The position numbers and the translations under genes were made by a program. The notes beneath the pieces are model-generated. The model did no database searches, was not told the origin of the DNA, and worked only from the letters and a program-made list of their open reading frames with translations. A DNA stretch of 64,000 bases, taken from Bacteroidales bacterium. GTDB taxonomy: Bacteria; Bacteroidota; Bacteroidia; Bacteroidales; GCA-2748055. Below are positions 8,669 to 19,504 of the stretch, in pieces (the stretch's first letter is position 1; each line of letters begins with the position of its first letter). The DNA is taken from positions 7,581-71,580 of the forward strand of contig JAWKKO010000004.1 in assembly GCA_041393235.1 (NCBI GenBank), written 5' to 3'.

Positions 8669-9691
8669 ATGACAATGAAACCGATCATACCTCCTGTACC
8701 TCTGGAGCAGTTGCAGGACGAACTCCGGGACGAACTCTTCATCCGGAAGACCAACAAGGCGGGCAACATGATATACATTGTCAATGCCGACACCGCCCCC
8801 AATGTCATGCGGGAAATCGGCCGGCTCCGCGAGCTTTCCTTCCGGAACGCAGGCGGGGGAACCGGACTGGAGTGCGATCTGGACGAATACGACAGCGGCC
8901 CCAATGCCTACCAGCAGCTCATTGTGTGGGACCCCGACGAGGAGGCCATTTTGGGCGGATACCGGTTCCACATCTGCGACCCTGCCAGCTGCCTGAAAAA
9001 CGGGGAGGTCAAACTGGCCACGGCCAAGCTGTTCAACTTTTCCGAGCAATTCACCCGGGAATACCTGCCCCACATGATCGAACTGGGCCGGTCGTTCGTG
9101 CAGCCCAAATACCAGTCGACCCAGCTGAGGCGGAAGGGGATCTACGCCCTGGACAACCTGTGGGACGGTCTGGGCACCCTGGTGCTGGATTACCCGGAGA
9201 AAAAGTACATGTTCGGGAAGGTCACCATGTACCTCCACTACCACCAGCTGGCCCGGGACATGATCCTGTTCTTCCTCAACAAGCATTTCCCGGATTACGA
9301 CGACCTCGTGACGCCCAAGGAACCCCTCCGGGTGGTTACCGACCGGGCGAAACTCACAGCCATCTTCAAGGGACAGAGTTACGAGGAGGATTACAAAATC
9401 CTCTCCCGGGAAGTGCGGGCCTGCGGCGAGAACATCCCGCCCCTGATCAATGCTTACATGAACCTGTCGCCTTCCATGCGCACCTTTGGCACCGTGCTGA
9501 ACCAGACCTTCGGCGGGGTGGAAGAAACCGGGATCATGATCACCATCAACGACCTGTACAAAGCCAAGGTGGAACGGCACGTGATGAATTACATGCCCAA
9601 GCAATTGCAGAGGATCCGGAGCCTGCGCCGGCGCGATCTGAAGCTGGCCCGGCTCACCCGGCGCTTCAACTTCAATAAGCGCGGGAGTTGA
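8669..9691 (+). CDS. GNAT-family (hemolysin-like) amino-acid N-acyltransferase (GlsB/OlsB-like)
   Basis: 340 aa with REIGRLRELSFRNAGGGTG and IELGRSFVQP blocks typical of OlsB/GlsB-type N-acyltransferases. Paired with the upstream O-acyltransferase. Confidence 0.7.
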   Translation: MTMKPIIPPVPLEQLQDELRDELFIRKTNKAGNMIYIVNADTAPNVMREIGRLRELSFRNAGGGTGLECDLDEYDSGPNAYQQLIVWDPDEEAILGGYRFHICDPASCLKNGEVKLATAKLFNFSEQFTREYLPHMIELGRSFVQPKYQSTQLRRKGIYALDNLWDGLGTLVLDYPEKKYMFGKVTMYLHYHQLARDMILFFLNKHFPDYDDLVTPKEPLRVVTDRAKLTAIFKGQSYEEDYKILSREVRACGENIPPLINAYMNLSPSMRTFGTVLNQTFGGVEETGIMITINDLYKAKVERHVMNYMPKQLQRIRSLRRRDLKLARLTRRFNFNKRGS

Positions 9692-11570
9692 TCCCGTGGA
9701 TGTAGTTCAAAAAGGAGGTGTTCACCACCCGGTTTCCGCCCGGGGTGGGATAATCGCCCGTGAAGTACCAATCGCCCAGATCATTGGGGATGGCCTTGTG
9801 CAGGTTCTCGATGCTCTGGTACACGATCCGGACTTCGGCCTTCACCGATGAATCGGTGAGTCTTTTGGCGATTTTGTCGCTGACCTGCTCCGGGGTGAAG
9901 GGGGCGTAGATTTCCTTTACATGGTTCACAAAGTACTCCGGGGCCTCTTCTTTCTGGGCTATGCATTTCTTGTATACCTCGTTGATCACGTGCTCCATGT
10001 CGTTCTCCTTCAGCAGGGCGATGGCAGCCTGGAAGGCTGTGAAATCGCCCAGCTTGGCCATGTCGATCCCATAGCAGTCGGGATAGCGGATCTGCGGGCT
10101 GGAGGAGACGATGACGATCCGTTTGGGATGCAGCCGGTCCAGGATCTTGATGATGCTCTGCTTCAGCGTGGTGCCCCGCACGATGCTGTCGTCGATGATG
10201 ACCAGGTTGTCGACGCCCTTCCGGATGGTCCCGTAGGTGATGTCGTAGACGTGGCTGACCATGTCGTTCCGTCCCTCGTCCTGGGAAATGAAGGTCCGAA
10301 GCTTCATGTCCTTGATGGCCACCTTCTCGATGCGGGCCCGCTGGGACATGATCCGCAGCACATCCTCCGAATCGTACTGGCAATTCAGGGTTTTCAATTG
10401 CTCCAGCTTCGACTTGAAGGTGTAGTCCTCCACCGCTTTCACCATTCCGTAGAACGCCGATTCGGCCGTGTTGGGAATGAAGGAAAAGACCGTGTTGTCC
10501 ACATCGTAGTCGATGGCCTTGAGGATGTCCGGGACCAACAGGGCGCCCAGCTCCTTCCGTTCGCTGTAGATCTCCTTGTCGCTTCCCCGGGAAAAATAGA
10601 TGCGTTCGAAGGAGCAAGACTTTTTCTCCTGCTCCTCCCGGATGCGCTGGAGCTGGATTTCGCCGTCCTTCTTCACCACCAGGGCATGGCCCGGGGGGAG
10701 CTCATGGATGTCCTCGAAGGACACGTTCATGGCGGTCTGGATGGCCGGACGTTCCGAGGTGACGATGACAACCTCCTCGTCGTGGTAGTAGAAGGCCGGC
10801 CGGATCCCCCAGGGATCCCGCATGGCAAAGACGTCCCCGTGCCCCATCATGCCTGCAACCGTATAGCCTCCGTCCCATCGTTTGCTGGCCATTTCCAGGA
10901 TGCGGGGCACATCCAGGTGCTTTCCGATGAGATCGGAAATGTCCACGTTGTGATCCTCCGCCTTGAAATCGTCGAAAAGCCGCTGGTTTTCCTTGTCCAG
11001 GAAGTGCCCCACTTTTTCCAGCATGGTCACCGTGTCGGAATATTCCTTGGGGAACTGGCCCAGGTCCACCAGAAGCTGGAACAGCTCGTCCACGTTGGTC
11101 AGATTGAAGTTCCCTGCCATCACCAGGTTCCGGGTCTTCCAGTTGTTCTGGCGCATCACCGGATGGAGATTGTCCGTGTCGTTCGACCCGAAGGTCCCGT
11201 ATCGCAGGTGGCCCAGATAGGCTTCGGCCACAAAGGACAGATTGGCCTTGGCCCAGACCGGATCATGAAGGGCATCGCCGTGTTTCCGGCCTGCCTTGGT
11301 GTACTCTTTGTAAATTTTCCGGAAGATTTCGTTGATGGCCGACGATCCCGCCTCCCGGTGCCGGTTGAAGTATTTTTTGCCCGGACGGGTGTCCAGCTTC
11401 ATGCTGACGACGCCGGCGCCGTCCTGGCCCCGGTTCCGTTGCTTTTCCATCATCAGGTACAGCTTCTCCAGGCCATACCGCCACGATCCGTAGGTGAGTT
11501 GATAGTACTCCAGTGGCTTCAACAAGCGGATCAGTGCGATGCCACATTTGTGCTTTACCTCGTCAGTCAT
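9672..11570 (-). CDS. purF: amidophosphoribosyltransferase (long Bacteroidota-type PurF)
   Basis: 632 aa with an N-terminal KCGIA Ntn-amidotransferase start and a PRTase motif VIIDDSIVRGTT. ATG verified. Confidence 0.9.
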   Translation of the reverse strand: MTDEVKHKCGIALIRLLKPLEYYQLTYGSWRYGLEKLYLMMEKQRNRGQDGAGVVSMKLDTRPGKKYFNRHREAGSSAINEIFRKIYKEYTKAGRKHGDALHDPVWAKANLSFVAEAYLGHLRYGTFGSNDTDNLHPVMRQNNWKTRNLVMAGNFNLTNVDELFQLLVDLGQFPKEYSDTVTMLEKVGHFLDKENQRLFDDFKAEDHNVDISDLIGKHLDVPRILEMASKRWDGGYTVAGMMGHGDVFAMRDPWGIRPAFYYHDEEVVIVTSERPAIQTAMNVSFEDIHELPPGHALVVKKDGEIQLQRIREEQEKKSCSFERIYFSRGSDKEIYSERKELGALLVPDILKAIDYDVDNTVFSFIPNTAESAFYGMVKAVEDYTFKSKLEQLKTLNCQYDSEDVLRIMSQRARIEKVAIKDMKLRTFISQDEGRNDMVSHVYDITYGTIRKGVDNLVIIDDSIVRGTTLKQSIIKILDRLHPKRIVIVSSSPQIRYPDCYGIDMAKLGDFTAFQAAIALLKENDMEHVINEVYKKCIAQKEEAPEYFVNHVKEIYAPFTPEQVSDKIAKRLTDSSVKAEVRIVYQSIENLHKAIPNDLGDWYFTGDYPTPGGNRVVNTSFLNYIHGINSRAY

Positions 11571-11584
11571 GAAAATCCTCTGTA

Positions 11585-12046
11585 CTAATCTGTGTTTTTC
11601 AACCGGATGTGATCCGGCACAATGATGGGGTTGGGAAAGTTTTTCTGGACCAGGTCAAACAGCGCCAGGGCTTCGCTCCGGGTCCGGCAGTCCCCGACGT
11701 AGACCTTAAAAAACGGCTCGTCGTAATCGTTGTAGGCATCGATGCCCGGATACAGGGAAAGAAACCTGGCCCGGACATTCCGCTGTTCCTCTTTGGCTCC
11801 CAGGCCGCTTTCGGAAAAGATCCGGATGCGATATCCCGGGACCCCGTCCTCCTTCATGTTCTTGAATACCAACCGGTGGTACTGGGATACGATCAGGCTG
11901 TCCACCTCCATCCGGACCGGAGCGCCGGGACCACCTGCCCTCATATCCTCCAGCACATCGCCACCCCGGGTTCCGGCCGTCGATTGGGCGAAGGAACCCG
12001 CTGAAAAAAGGCAAATAAGACCAAGAAAGAGAAGGAGTTGTTTCAT
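11585..12046 (-). CDS. SPOR domain-containing protein (secreted peptidoglycan binding)
   Basis: MKQLLLFLGLICLFSAGSFAQ signal peptide. The C-terminal GYRIRIFS...FFKVYVGDCRTRSEA is SPOR-like. ATG 12046 is preferred over the longer 12067 start. Confidence 0.7.
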   Translation of the reverse strand: MKQLLLFLGLICLFSAGSFAQSTAGTRGGDVLEDMRAGGPGAPVRMEVDSLIVSQYHRLVFKNMKEDGVPGYRIRIFSESGLGAKEEQRNVRARFLSLYPGIDAYNDYDEPFFKVYVGDCRTRSEALALFDLVQKNFPNPIIVPDHIRLKNTD

Positions 12047-12126
12047 CCCTGCCGGTTTGTGGGACAAAAATAATCAATTTTGATTTCCTTCGACGGAACC
12101 CGGGAGAATTTGACTATTTTCGCCGC

Positions 12127-12804
12127 ATGCCCGAGACACCCAGGAACATACGCCGCAGAGAAGTCGCCGCGGGAATCGTCTTTCTGTTTGCCTCCTTTGC
12201 ATTTCTGGCCTCCCTGCTGATGGATTTCAATTTTGTCAGCCCTTATTCCACCATGGGGGAGGATCTGAGCTACCTGGCCGAGCACAGCCAAAACCAGGCC
12301 CTGAGCTCCCTTGCCTGGCTGAGTGCGGGCGGATTCACCCTTCTGTCCCTTCCCCTCTACCTCTGGGTGTTTCGGCGGCATCAGAGGTTTCTCCCCTTCA
12401 TCAACGGGCTGTTTTTGCTGGGAGCCGCCGCCGGGTTCCTCTGGATGGGCAAACTGGGTCTTGACATGCACCGGGGGCTTCTCCTCTGGCCCGAACAAGG
12501 GGTGGAATTTCTGGATGAAACCACACGGCTGCACTTGTTTGAGCAGTATCATGAATTTCAATGGTACCGGGCCGTTTCGGGATCGGGCATCGGAGCGTTC
12601 GTCTTTCTTTTGGGCTGGAGCCGGATCCGGATCAAAGGCTTTCCGGCCTTTTCCGTTCCATTGATGATCCTGGCCGGACCGGCCCTGATCTTTTTCAACT
12701 GGTACGATCCCGATCACCTGGGCAAAACCGTCGCCATGGCAGGGGTCCTGCTGGCGGTGGTGGTACTCAGCGTCCGGATGATCAACAAGGGGCTGGGCGG
12801 GTGA
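12127..12804 (+). CDS. hypothetical polytopic membrane protein
   Basis: 225 aa with about 6 hydrophobic segments. No family recognised. Confidence 0.55.
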   Translation: MPETPRNIRRREVAAGIVFLFASFAFLASLLMDFNFVSPYSTMGEDLSYLAEHSQNQALSSLAWLSAGGFTLLSLPLYLWVFRRHQRFLPFINGLFLLGAAAGFLWMGKLGLDMHRGLLLWPEQGVEFLDETTRLHLFEQYHEFQWYRAVSGSGIGAFVFLLGWSRIRIKGFPAFSVPLMILAGPALIFFNWYDPDHLGKTVAMAGVLLAVVVLSVRMINKGLGG

Positions 12805-12829
12805 CTTTCCCGGAGAAACAAATCAGGTT

Positions 12830-13573
12830 CTATGCCTCCATGGCATCTTCCACCTCGTCCGTCACATTCAGGTTGTGGGAGACTGCCTGAACGTCGTCGT
12901 CGTCCTCGAATTCCTCGATGATCTTCATGATCTGCACGGCCTGCTCGACGGTGAGGTCGATGGTGTCGTTAGGGATTCGCTGCAGCTCTGCGCTTTCCGG
13001 CTCCAGACTCATTTCCTGAAGCCTTTTCTGGACGTTGTGGAATTCTTCCATGGGGGTGGTGATCATGAACATGCCTTCGTCCAGTTCCACCTCTTCCACG
13101 CCGGCATCGATGATCTCCAGTTCAAATTCTTCGGGATCCAGCTTCCCCTGGGGCAGGCTGATGACCCCCTTGCGCTCGAACATGAAACCCAGAGACCCGT
13201 TGGTTCCCAGGTTCCCGCCCCGCTTGTTGAAGATGGATCGGATGTTTCCGACGGTCCGGTTCCGGTTGTCGGTGAGGCAGTCGATGACCACCCCGATGCC
13301 ATGGGGAAGCATCCCTTCGAAAGTCAGCTCCATGAAATCGGACGAATCCCGGTTGGCCTTGCTGATGGCCCGCTGGATGTTGTCCTTGGGCATGTTCATC
13401 CCTTTGGCATTCTGCACGGCCGCCCGCAGTCGGGGGTTGGAATCGATGTCGGAACCGCCCACACTGGCAGCCACGGTGATTTCCTTGATCAGTTTGGTGA
13501 AAATTTTGCCCCGTTTGGCATCGATTGCGCCTTTTTTGCGCTTGATGGTCGACCATTTGCTGTGTCCGGACAT
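12830..13573 (-). CDS. YebC/PmpR family DNA-binding transcriptional regulator
   Basis: ATG 13573 gives MSGHSKWSTIKRKKGAIDAKRGKIFTKL..., the canonical YebC N-terminus. Confidence 0.92.
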   Translation of the reverse strand: MSGHSKWSTIKRKKGAIDAKRGKIFTKLIKEITVAASVGGSDIDSNPRLRAAVQNAKGMNMPKDNIQRAISKANRDSSDFMELTFEGMLPHGIGVVIDCLTDNRNRTVGNIRSIFNKRGGNLGTNGSLGFMFERKGVISLPQGKLDPEEFELEIIDAGVEEVELDEGMFMITTPMEEFHNVQKRLQEMSLEPESAELQRIPNDTIDLTVEQAVQIMKIIEEFEDDDDVQAVSHNLNVTDEVEDAMEA

Positions 13574-13625
13574 GTCTTGCAGATTTTGCTGCAAAAATAG
13601 AAAAAAACCGATTGTCAGAACACCC

Positions 13626-14183
13626 CTACCTGCGGATCACCTGGACGCCTCCGAAAACCACGTCCACCTTGATGTTGATGGCGGGCTGACCGGCCGACCA
13701 GTTTTCGCTTTCATACACGGTGGACCCGAACACCGCCGTGTTTCCGTCGGGCAGCTCGGCTCCGGCAAACACCGCGTCGGCCTGGATCCGCACAGGCGCA
13801 TCCCGGGGAATGATCACCTGAGATCCCCCGAACACCGTGCTGATTTTGGCATGGTAGGACCCCTTGCTCAAATCCACGTTGGTGAAATCGTAAACCCCCT
13901 TTCCGAACAGAACCGTGTACTCCTTGCCCGGCTCGGGCGTCTCGTAGGTGCGTTCGTTGAAGATCGTATCCTCGTAATCGATGTCGTGGTGGGGAAGGAC
14001 GAACCTGCCGAACAAGACTTTGATCCCAAGGAGAACCAGGAAGATTCCGATCAGGACTTTGAATACCGGAAAGTCGATGTTGAACACCACTTTGATGATC
14101 AGGGCCACGCCTAGCAGCAGCAGAAATGCCCCCAAAATAAACCAGCTCCCATTTTCATTCGTTGTTAGTATTTGATGTTGCAC
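13626..14183 (-). CDS. LiaF/YvqF-like membrane protein (DUF2154-type C-terminal domain); start uncertain
   Basis: Two TM segments followed by VFGGSQVIIPRDAPVRIQADAVFAG...VVFGGVQVI repeats. The track start 14321 would overlap the divergent miaB start, so GTG 14183 is my preferred start. Confidence 0.55.
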   Translation of the reverse strand: MQHQILTTNENGSWFILGAFLLLLGVALIIKVVFNIDFPVFKVLIGIFLVLLGIKVLFGRFVLPHHDIDYEDTIFNERTYETPEPGKEYTVLFGKGVYDFTNVDLSKGSYHAKISTVFGGSQVIIPRDAPVRIQADAVFAGAELPDGNTAVFGSTVYESENWSAGQPAINIKVDVVFGGVQVIRR

Positions 14184-14289
14184 CGATGGCTCGCATCGAT
14201 GGCACAAATCTACGCCCGAAATCAGGAGGTGCAGAAGGAAAATCGGCCAGCGGACCCAAAATGTCGGTGAACGCACTTTTTTCCTACCT

Positions 14290-15624
14290 TTGGGCCCCGT
14301 GGAAAGAAAGAAGGTATACATCGAGACCTATGGCTGCCAGATGAATGTGGCGGACAGTGAAGTGGTGCTGGCCATCCTCCAGCAACACCGCTTCGAGTCG
14401 ACGGAGAACCCGGACGAGGCCGATCTGATCCTGGTCAACACCTGCTCGATCCGGGACAACGCCGAACAGCGGGTGCGCACCCGCATCCGGGAATTCGGCC
14501 GGATGAAAAAGGGGGGCCGGGAGTTGGCCATCGGAGTGATCGGGTGCATGGCCGAACGGATCAAGGAACAACTGCTGGAGGAGGAGCCCGAAGTGGACCT
14601 GGTGGTGGGGCCCGATGCCTACCGGGAGCTGCCCTCCCTTCTTGTGGGGGTGGAAGCGGGACAGAAAGGGATCAACACCCTGCTGTCGCTGGAAGAAACT
14701 TATGGGGACATCCGTCCCGTTCGAACCGACCGGAACCATGTGAGTGCCTTTGTGTCCATCATGCGGGGATGCAACAACTTCTGTTCGTATTGCGTGGTGC
14801 CTGGGACCCGCGGACGGGAACGCAGCCGGGAGCCGGAAACCATCCTGAGAGAAGCCCGCCAGTTGTTCGAACAGGGATACAGGGAGGTCACCCTGCTGGG
14901 CCAGAACGTGAACTCCTACCGGTACAAAACGGAACGGGACGAGCTCCGGTTCGAGGAGCTGCTGGCCGGCGTGGCCGCCATCGATCCCCTGCTCCGGGTA
15001 CGCTTTGCCACCTCCCACCCCAAGGATTTGTCCGATGCGTTGCTGCAGGTCATGGCGTCCCACCCCAATCTGTGCCGCTCCATCCACCTGCCCGTGCAAT
15101 CGGGAAGCAACGAGGTGCTGAAGCGGATGAAGCGCAAGTACACCCGGGAGCACTACCTCGACCGCATCGCGGCCATCCGGCGCTTTCTCCCCGATGCATC
15201 CATTTCCACCGACATCATCAGCGGCTTTTGCGGCGAAACGCCGGAGGACCACCGCGACACCCTGAATCTGATGCGGGAGGTGGGGTACGATTTCGCCTAC
15301 ATGTTCAAATACAGCGAACGGCCCGGTACCTTTGCTGCCGAGCGCTACGAGGACGACGTGCCCGAAGCGGAAAAGACCCGGCGCCTCAATGAAATCATTG
15401 CCCTTCAGAACCAATTGTCCCTGGCGAGCAAAAAGCAGGATGTGGGAAAGGAATTCGAGGTGCTGATCGAGGGAACGTCCAAAAAATCGGAGAAACAGCT
15501 GTCCGGCCGCACCACCCAGAACAAGGTGGTGGTGTTCCCCCGCAAGACAGCGTCCCCGGGTGACTATGCCCGGGTGCGGATCCTGTCCTGCACCTCGGCC
15601 ACGCTGCTGGGCGAGGAAATCTGA
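14290..15624 (+). CDS. miaB: tRNA (N6-isopentenyl adenosine(37)-C2)-methylthiotransferase MiaB
   Basis: 444 aa with YIETYGCQMN, the radical-SAM motif CNNFCSYCVVP and a TRAM C-terminus. Start is TTG 14290 or GTG 14299. Confidence 0.93.
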   Translation: MGPVERKKVYIETYGCQMNVADSEVVLAILQQHRFESTENPDEADLILVNTCSIRDNAEQRVRTRIREFGRMKKGGRELAIGVIGCMAERIKEQLLEEEPEVDLVVGPDAYRELPSLLVGVEAGQKGINTLLSLEETYGDIRPVRTDRNHVSAFVSIMRGCNNFCSYCVVPGTRGRERSREPETILREARQLFEQGYREVTLLGQNVNSYRYKTERDELRFEELLAGVAAIDPLLRVRFATSHPKDLSDALLQVMASHPNLCRSIHLPVQSGSNEVLKRMKRKYTREHYLDRIAAIRRFLPDASISTDIISGFCGETPEDHRDTLNLMREVGYDFAYMFKYSERPGTFAAERYEDDVPEAEKTRRLNEIIALQNQLSLASKKQDVGKEFEVLIEGTSKKSEKQLSGRTTQNKVVVFPRKTASPGDYARVRILSCTSATLLGEEI

Positions 15625-15655
15625 GATCCGGCCGCACGCACCGCGCGCCGGCAGC

Positions 15656-16006
15656 CTAGCCGAGCACCAGCAGCACCCGCTCCTCCTCCCGCTCGCAGTG
15701 GCAGAAGGTGAACTCCCCTTCCAGCTCCATCAGCAGGATCATTTCCCGGACCTCGTCCCGAATGTTGCACAGTTTGAACTGGCTACCGGCATGGCGGGCC
15801 CGCGCACTGATTTCCCGGAGGACCCCGAAACCTGCCGTATCGATGTAGGTGAGCGCGTCCAGATCAAGGATCACCCGGGCATCCCGGTCGCCCACCAACT
15901 CCAGAAGCTGTTCGCGAACAGGTCCCGAAAATGCTTCATTCTTTGTCTCATCCGGGAGAAACCCTACCTTGTAGTGGTTCCCGTCTGCCGTAATGTTCAG
16001 ATGCAT
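15656..16006 (-). CDS. STAS-domain anti-sigma-factor antagonist (SpoIIAA-like)
   Basis: MHLNITADGNHYKV...ILDLDALTYIDTAGFGVL is a STAS fold with a putative phospho-site region. ATG 16006 verified. Confidence 0.7.
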   Translation of the reverse strand: MHLNITADGNHYKVGFLPDETKNEAFSGPVREQLLELVGDRDARVILDLDALTYIDTAGFGVLREISARARHAGSQFKLCNIRDEVREMILLMELEGEFTFCHCEREEERVLLVLG

Positions 16007-16054
16007 GGCTGTGCCAAAAATAAGATGCAAAGGAACGGCGGATTTGGACCGGCC

Positions 16055-17029
16055 ATGTTAAATTCATATGAATTTTTTCAGCGCATGAGAATCTTTCTTC
16101 TTTTGCTTGCCCTGTCCCTGGCTCCGGCGTCCTGCCGGATGCCCCGTCCCGCCAGGGAACCCGTTCTTCCGCTGGCCGATTCCGCCGGGATCCGGTTTTA
16201 TGAAAACGACCGCCTGGTCCTGCACTACCGCGGGGCCCTGAATCCGGCCGGGGATTCGCTTCCCTTTGCCGATTTCATCCATCCTCTCAATGATTTGCAG
16301 GGCAACGAGCTGACGGAGGTGGCTCCGGCGGACCACCCCCACCACCGGGGCGTGTTCTGGGCCTGGCACCAGCTCCGGCTCGATTCGCTGACCCTGGGCG
16401 ACGGATGGATGATGGAGGGAGTGGATTTTTCCGGAGACAGCCTGTGGGTGTCGAGCGGATCCTTCGGTGCCGCGGGACGGGCCCGGGTGTTCTGGTCGTC
16501 CGATACCCTGAGGCAGCTGCGGGGAGAGGCCGGAAGCCGGTTTCTGGAAGAAAACCTGCGGATGTGGGTCCACCCGAGCGAACCCCACCGGCAGGTCATC
16601 GACCTGGAGATCCGGCTGCGGGCCCTTCTGCCCGGGGTGCGCCTGGGGGGCTCGGCGGATGAAAAGGGCTACGGGGGACTGAGCCTGCGGCTGCGGGAGC
16701 CGGAAAAACTGGGGTTTCGGTCAACAAACGGACCCGTTGTCCCGGACAACCTGCAGGTGGTGGCCGGACCCTGGATGGATTTCACGCACCTGACCCTGCA
16801 TTGCCATCCCTCCACGCCCAATTACCCGGCGCCCTGGATCCTCCGGCAAACGGCTTCCATGCAAAACATTGTGTTTCCCGGCCGGGAACCCGTCCTGCTG
16901 GAAACGGACCGGGATCTGGTGCTGCGCTACCGGCTCATCCTCCACGATGCCTCGTGGCAGCCGGAGGACGGACAGAGGTGGCAGGAGGAATACGAAGCCT
17001 GGCCGGGAACCTTTCCCGGCTTGCATTGA
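16055..17029 (+). CDS. PmoA-family (DUF6807-like) putative lipoprotein
   Basis: The internal start gives MLNSYEFFQRMRIFLLLLALSLAPASC (lipobox). The HPHHRGVFWAW motif is typical of the PF14100-type family, from memory. The upstream part of the 489-aa track ORF is antisense to the STAS gene. Confidence 0.6.
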   Translation: MLNSYEFFQRMRIFLLLLALSLAPASCRMPRPAREPVLPLADSAGIRFYENDRLVLHYRGALNPAGDSLPFADFIHPLNDLQGNELTEVAPADHPHHRGVFWAWHQLRLDSLTLGDGWMMEGVDFSGDSLWVSSGSFGAAGRARVFWSSDTLRQLRGEAGSRFLEENLRMWVHPSEPHRQVIDLEIRLRALLPGVRLGGSADEKGYGGLSLRLREPEKLGFRSTNGPVVPDNLQVVAGPWMDFTHLTLHCHPSTPNYPAPWILRQTASMQNIVFPGREPVLLETDRDLVLRYRLILHDASWQPEDGQRWQEEYEAWPGTFPGLH

Positions 17030-17110
17030 CCCGGTGAACCTTTCCCGGCTCGCTCTAACCCGCTGAATCCGACCCGGCGAACCTGACTCGGAAAGCCGGA
17101 TTCGGTTCGC

Positions 17111-18868
<1,758 letters not shown>

Positions 18869-18935
18869 AGTGATTTGCGGTTTTGCTGCAAATTTAGCAA
18901 CTTTTGCCCAGGAACGTCACCCAAATGCCTGCCCC

Positions 18936-19394
18936 ATGGAAACGCCCGTTTTGTCTGATGCCCATTTTATGAAGGAAGCCCTGAAGGAAGCCCAAAAGGC
19001 CTCCGACGCCGGCGAGGTGCCCGTCGGCGCCGTGGTGGTTTGCCGCGGCCGGATCATCGCCCGGGCGCACAACATGACCGAGAAACTCCGGGACGTCACG
19101 GCCCATGCGGAAATGATCGCCCTCACCTCGGCGGCCAACCACCTTGGGTCCAAATACCTCCCCGAATGCACCCTGTACGTGAGCCTGGAACCCTGCCTGA
19201 TGTGTGCCGCCGCCCTGCGGTGGGCCCAGCTGGGTCAGCTGGTCTACGGGGCCTCCGATCCGAAGGAGGGGTTCACCACCCACGATCGTCCCGTCCTCCA
19301 CAAAAAAACCACCGTCGTCTCCGGCATCCTGGCAGAGGAAGCGGGAACGATGCTCACCGATTTTTTCAGAAAACGGAGGGCCCTGAACACGTAA
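18936..19394 (+). CDS. tadA: tRNA adenosine(34) deaminase TadA
   Basis: ATG 18936 gives METPVLSDAHFMKEAL.... Zinc motifs HAEMIAL and PCLMCAAAL are present. Confidence 0.9.
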   Translation: METPVLSDAHFMKEALKEAQKASDAGEVPVGAVVVCRGRIIARAHNMTEKLRDVTAHAEMIALTSAANHLGSKYLPECTLYVSLEPCLMCAAALRWAQLGQLVYGASDPKEGFTTHDRPVLHKKTTVVSGILAEEAGTMLTDFFRKRRALNT

Positions 19395-19504
19395 ATTCAG
19401 CCGGAATTCCCAAGCTGTGCATTCTTTCAAAATAATTGCTATCTTTTGATCGCATTTGCCCTTTCCGGGTCCGTGCAGCAACGCTCACTCTAACGCAATC
19501 TGAT

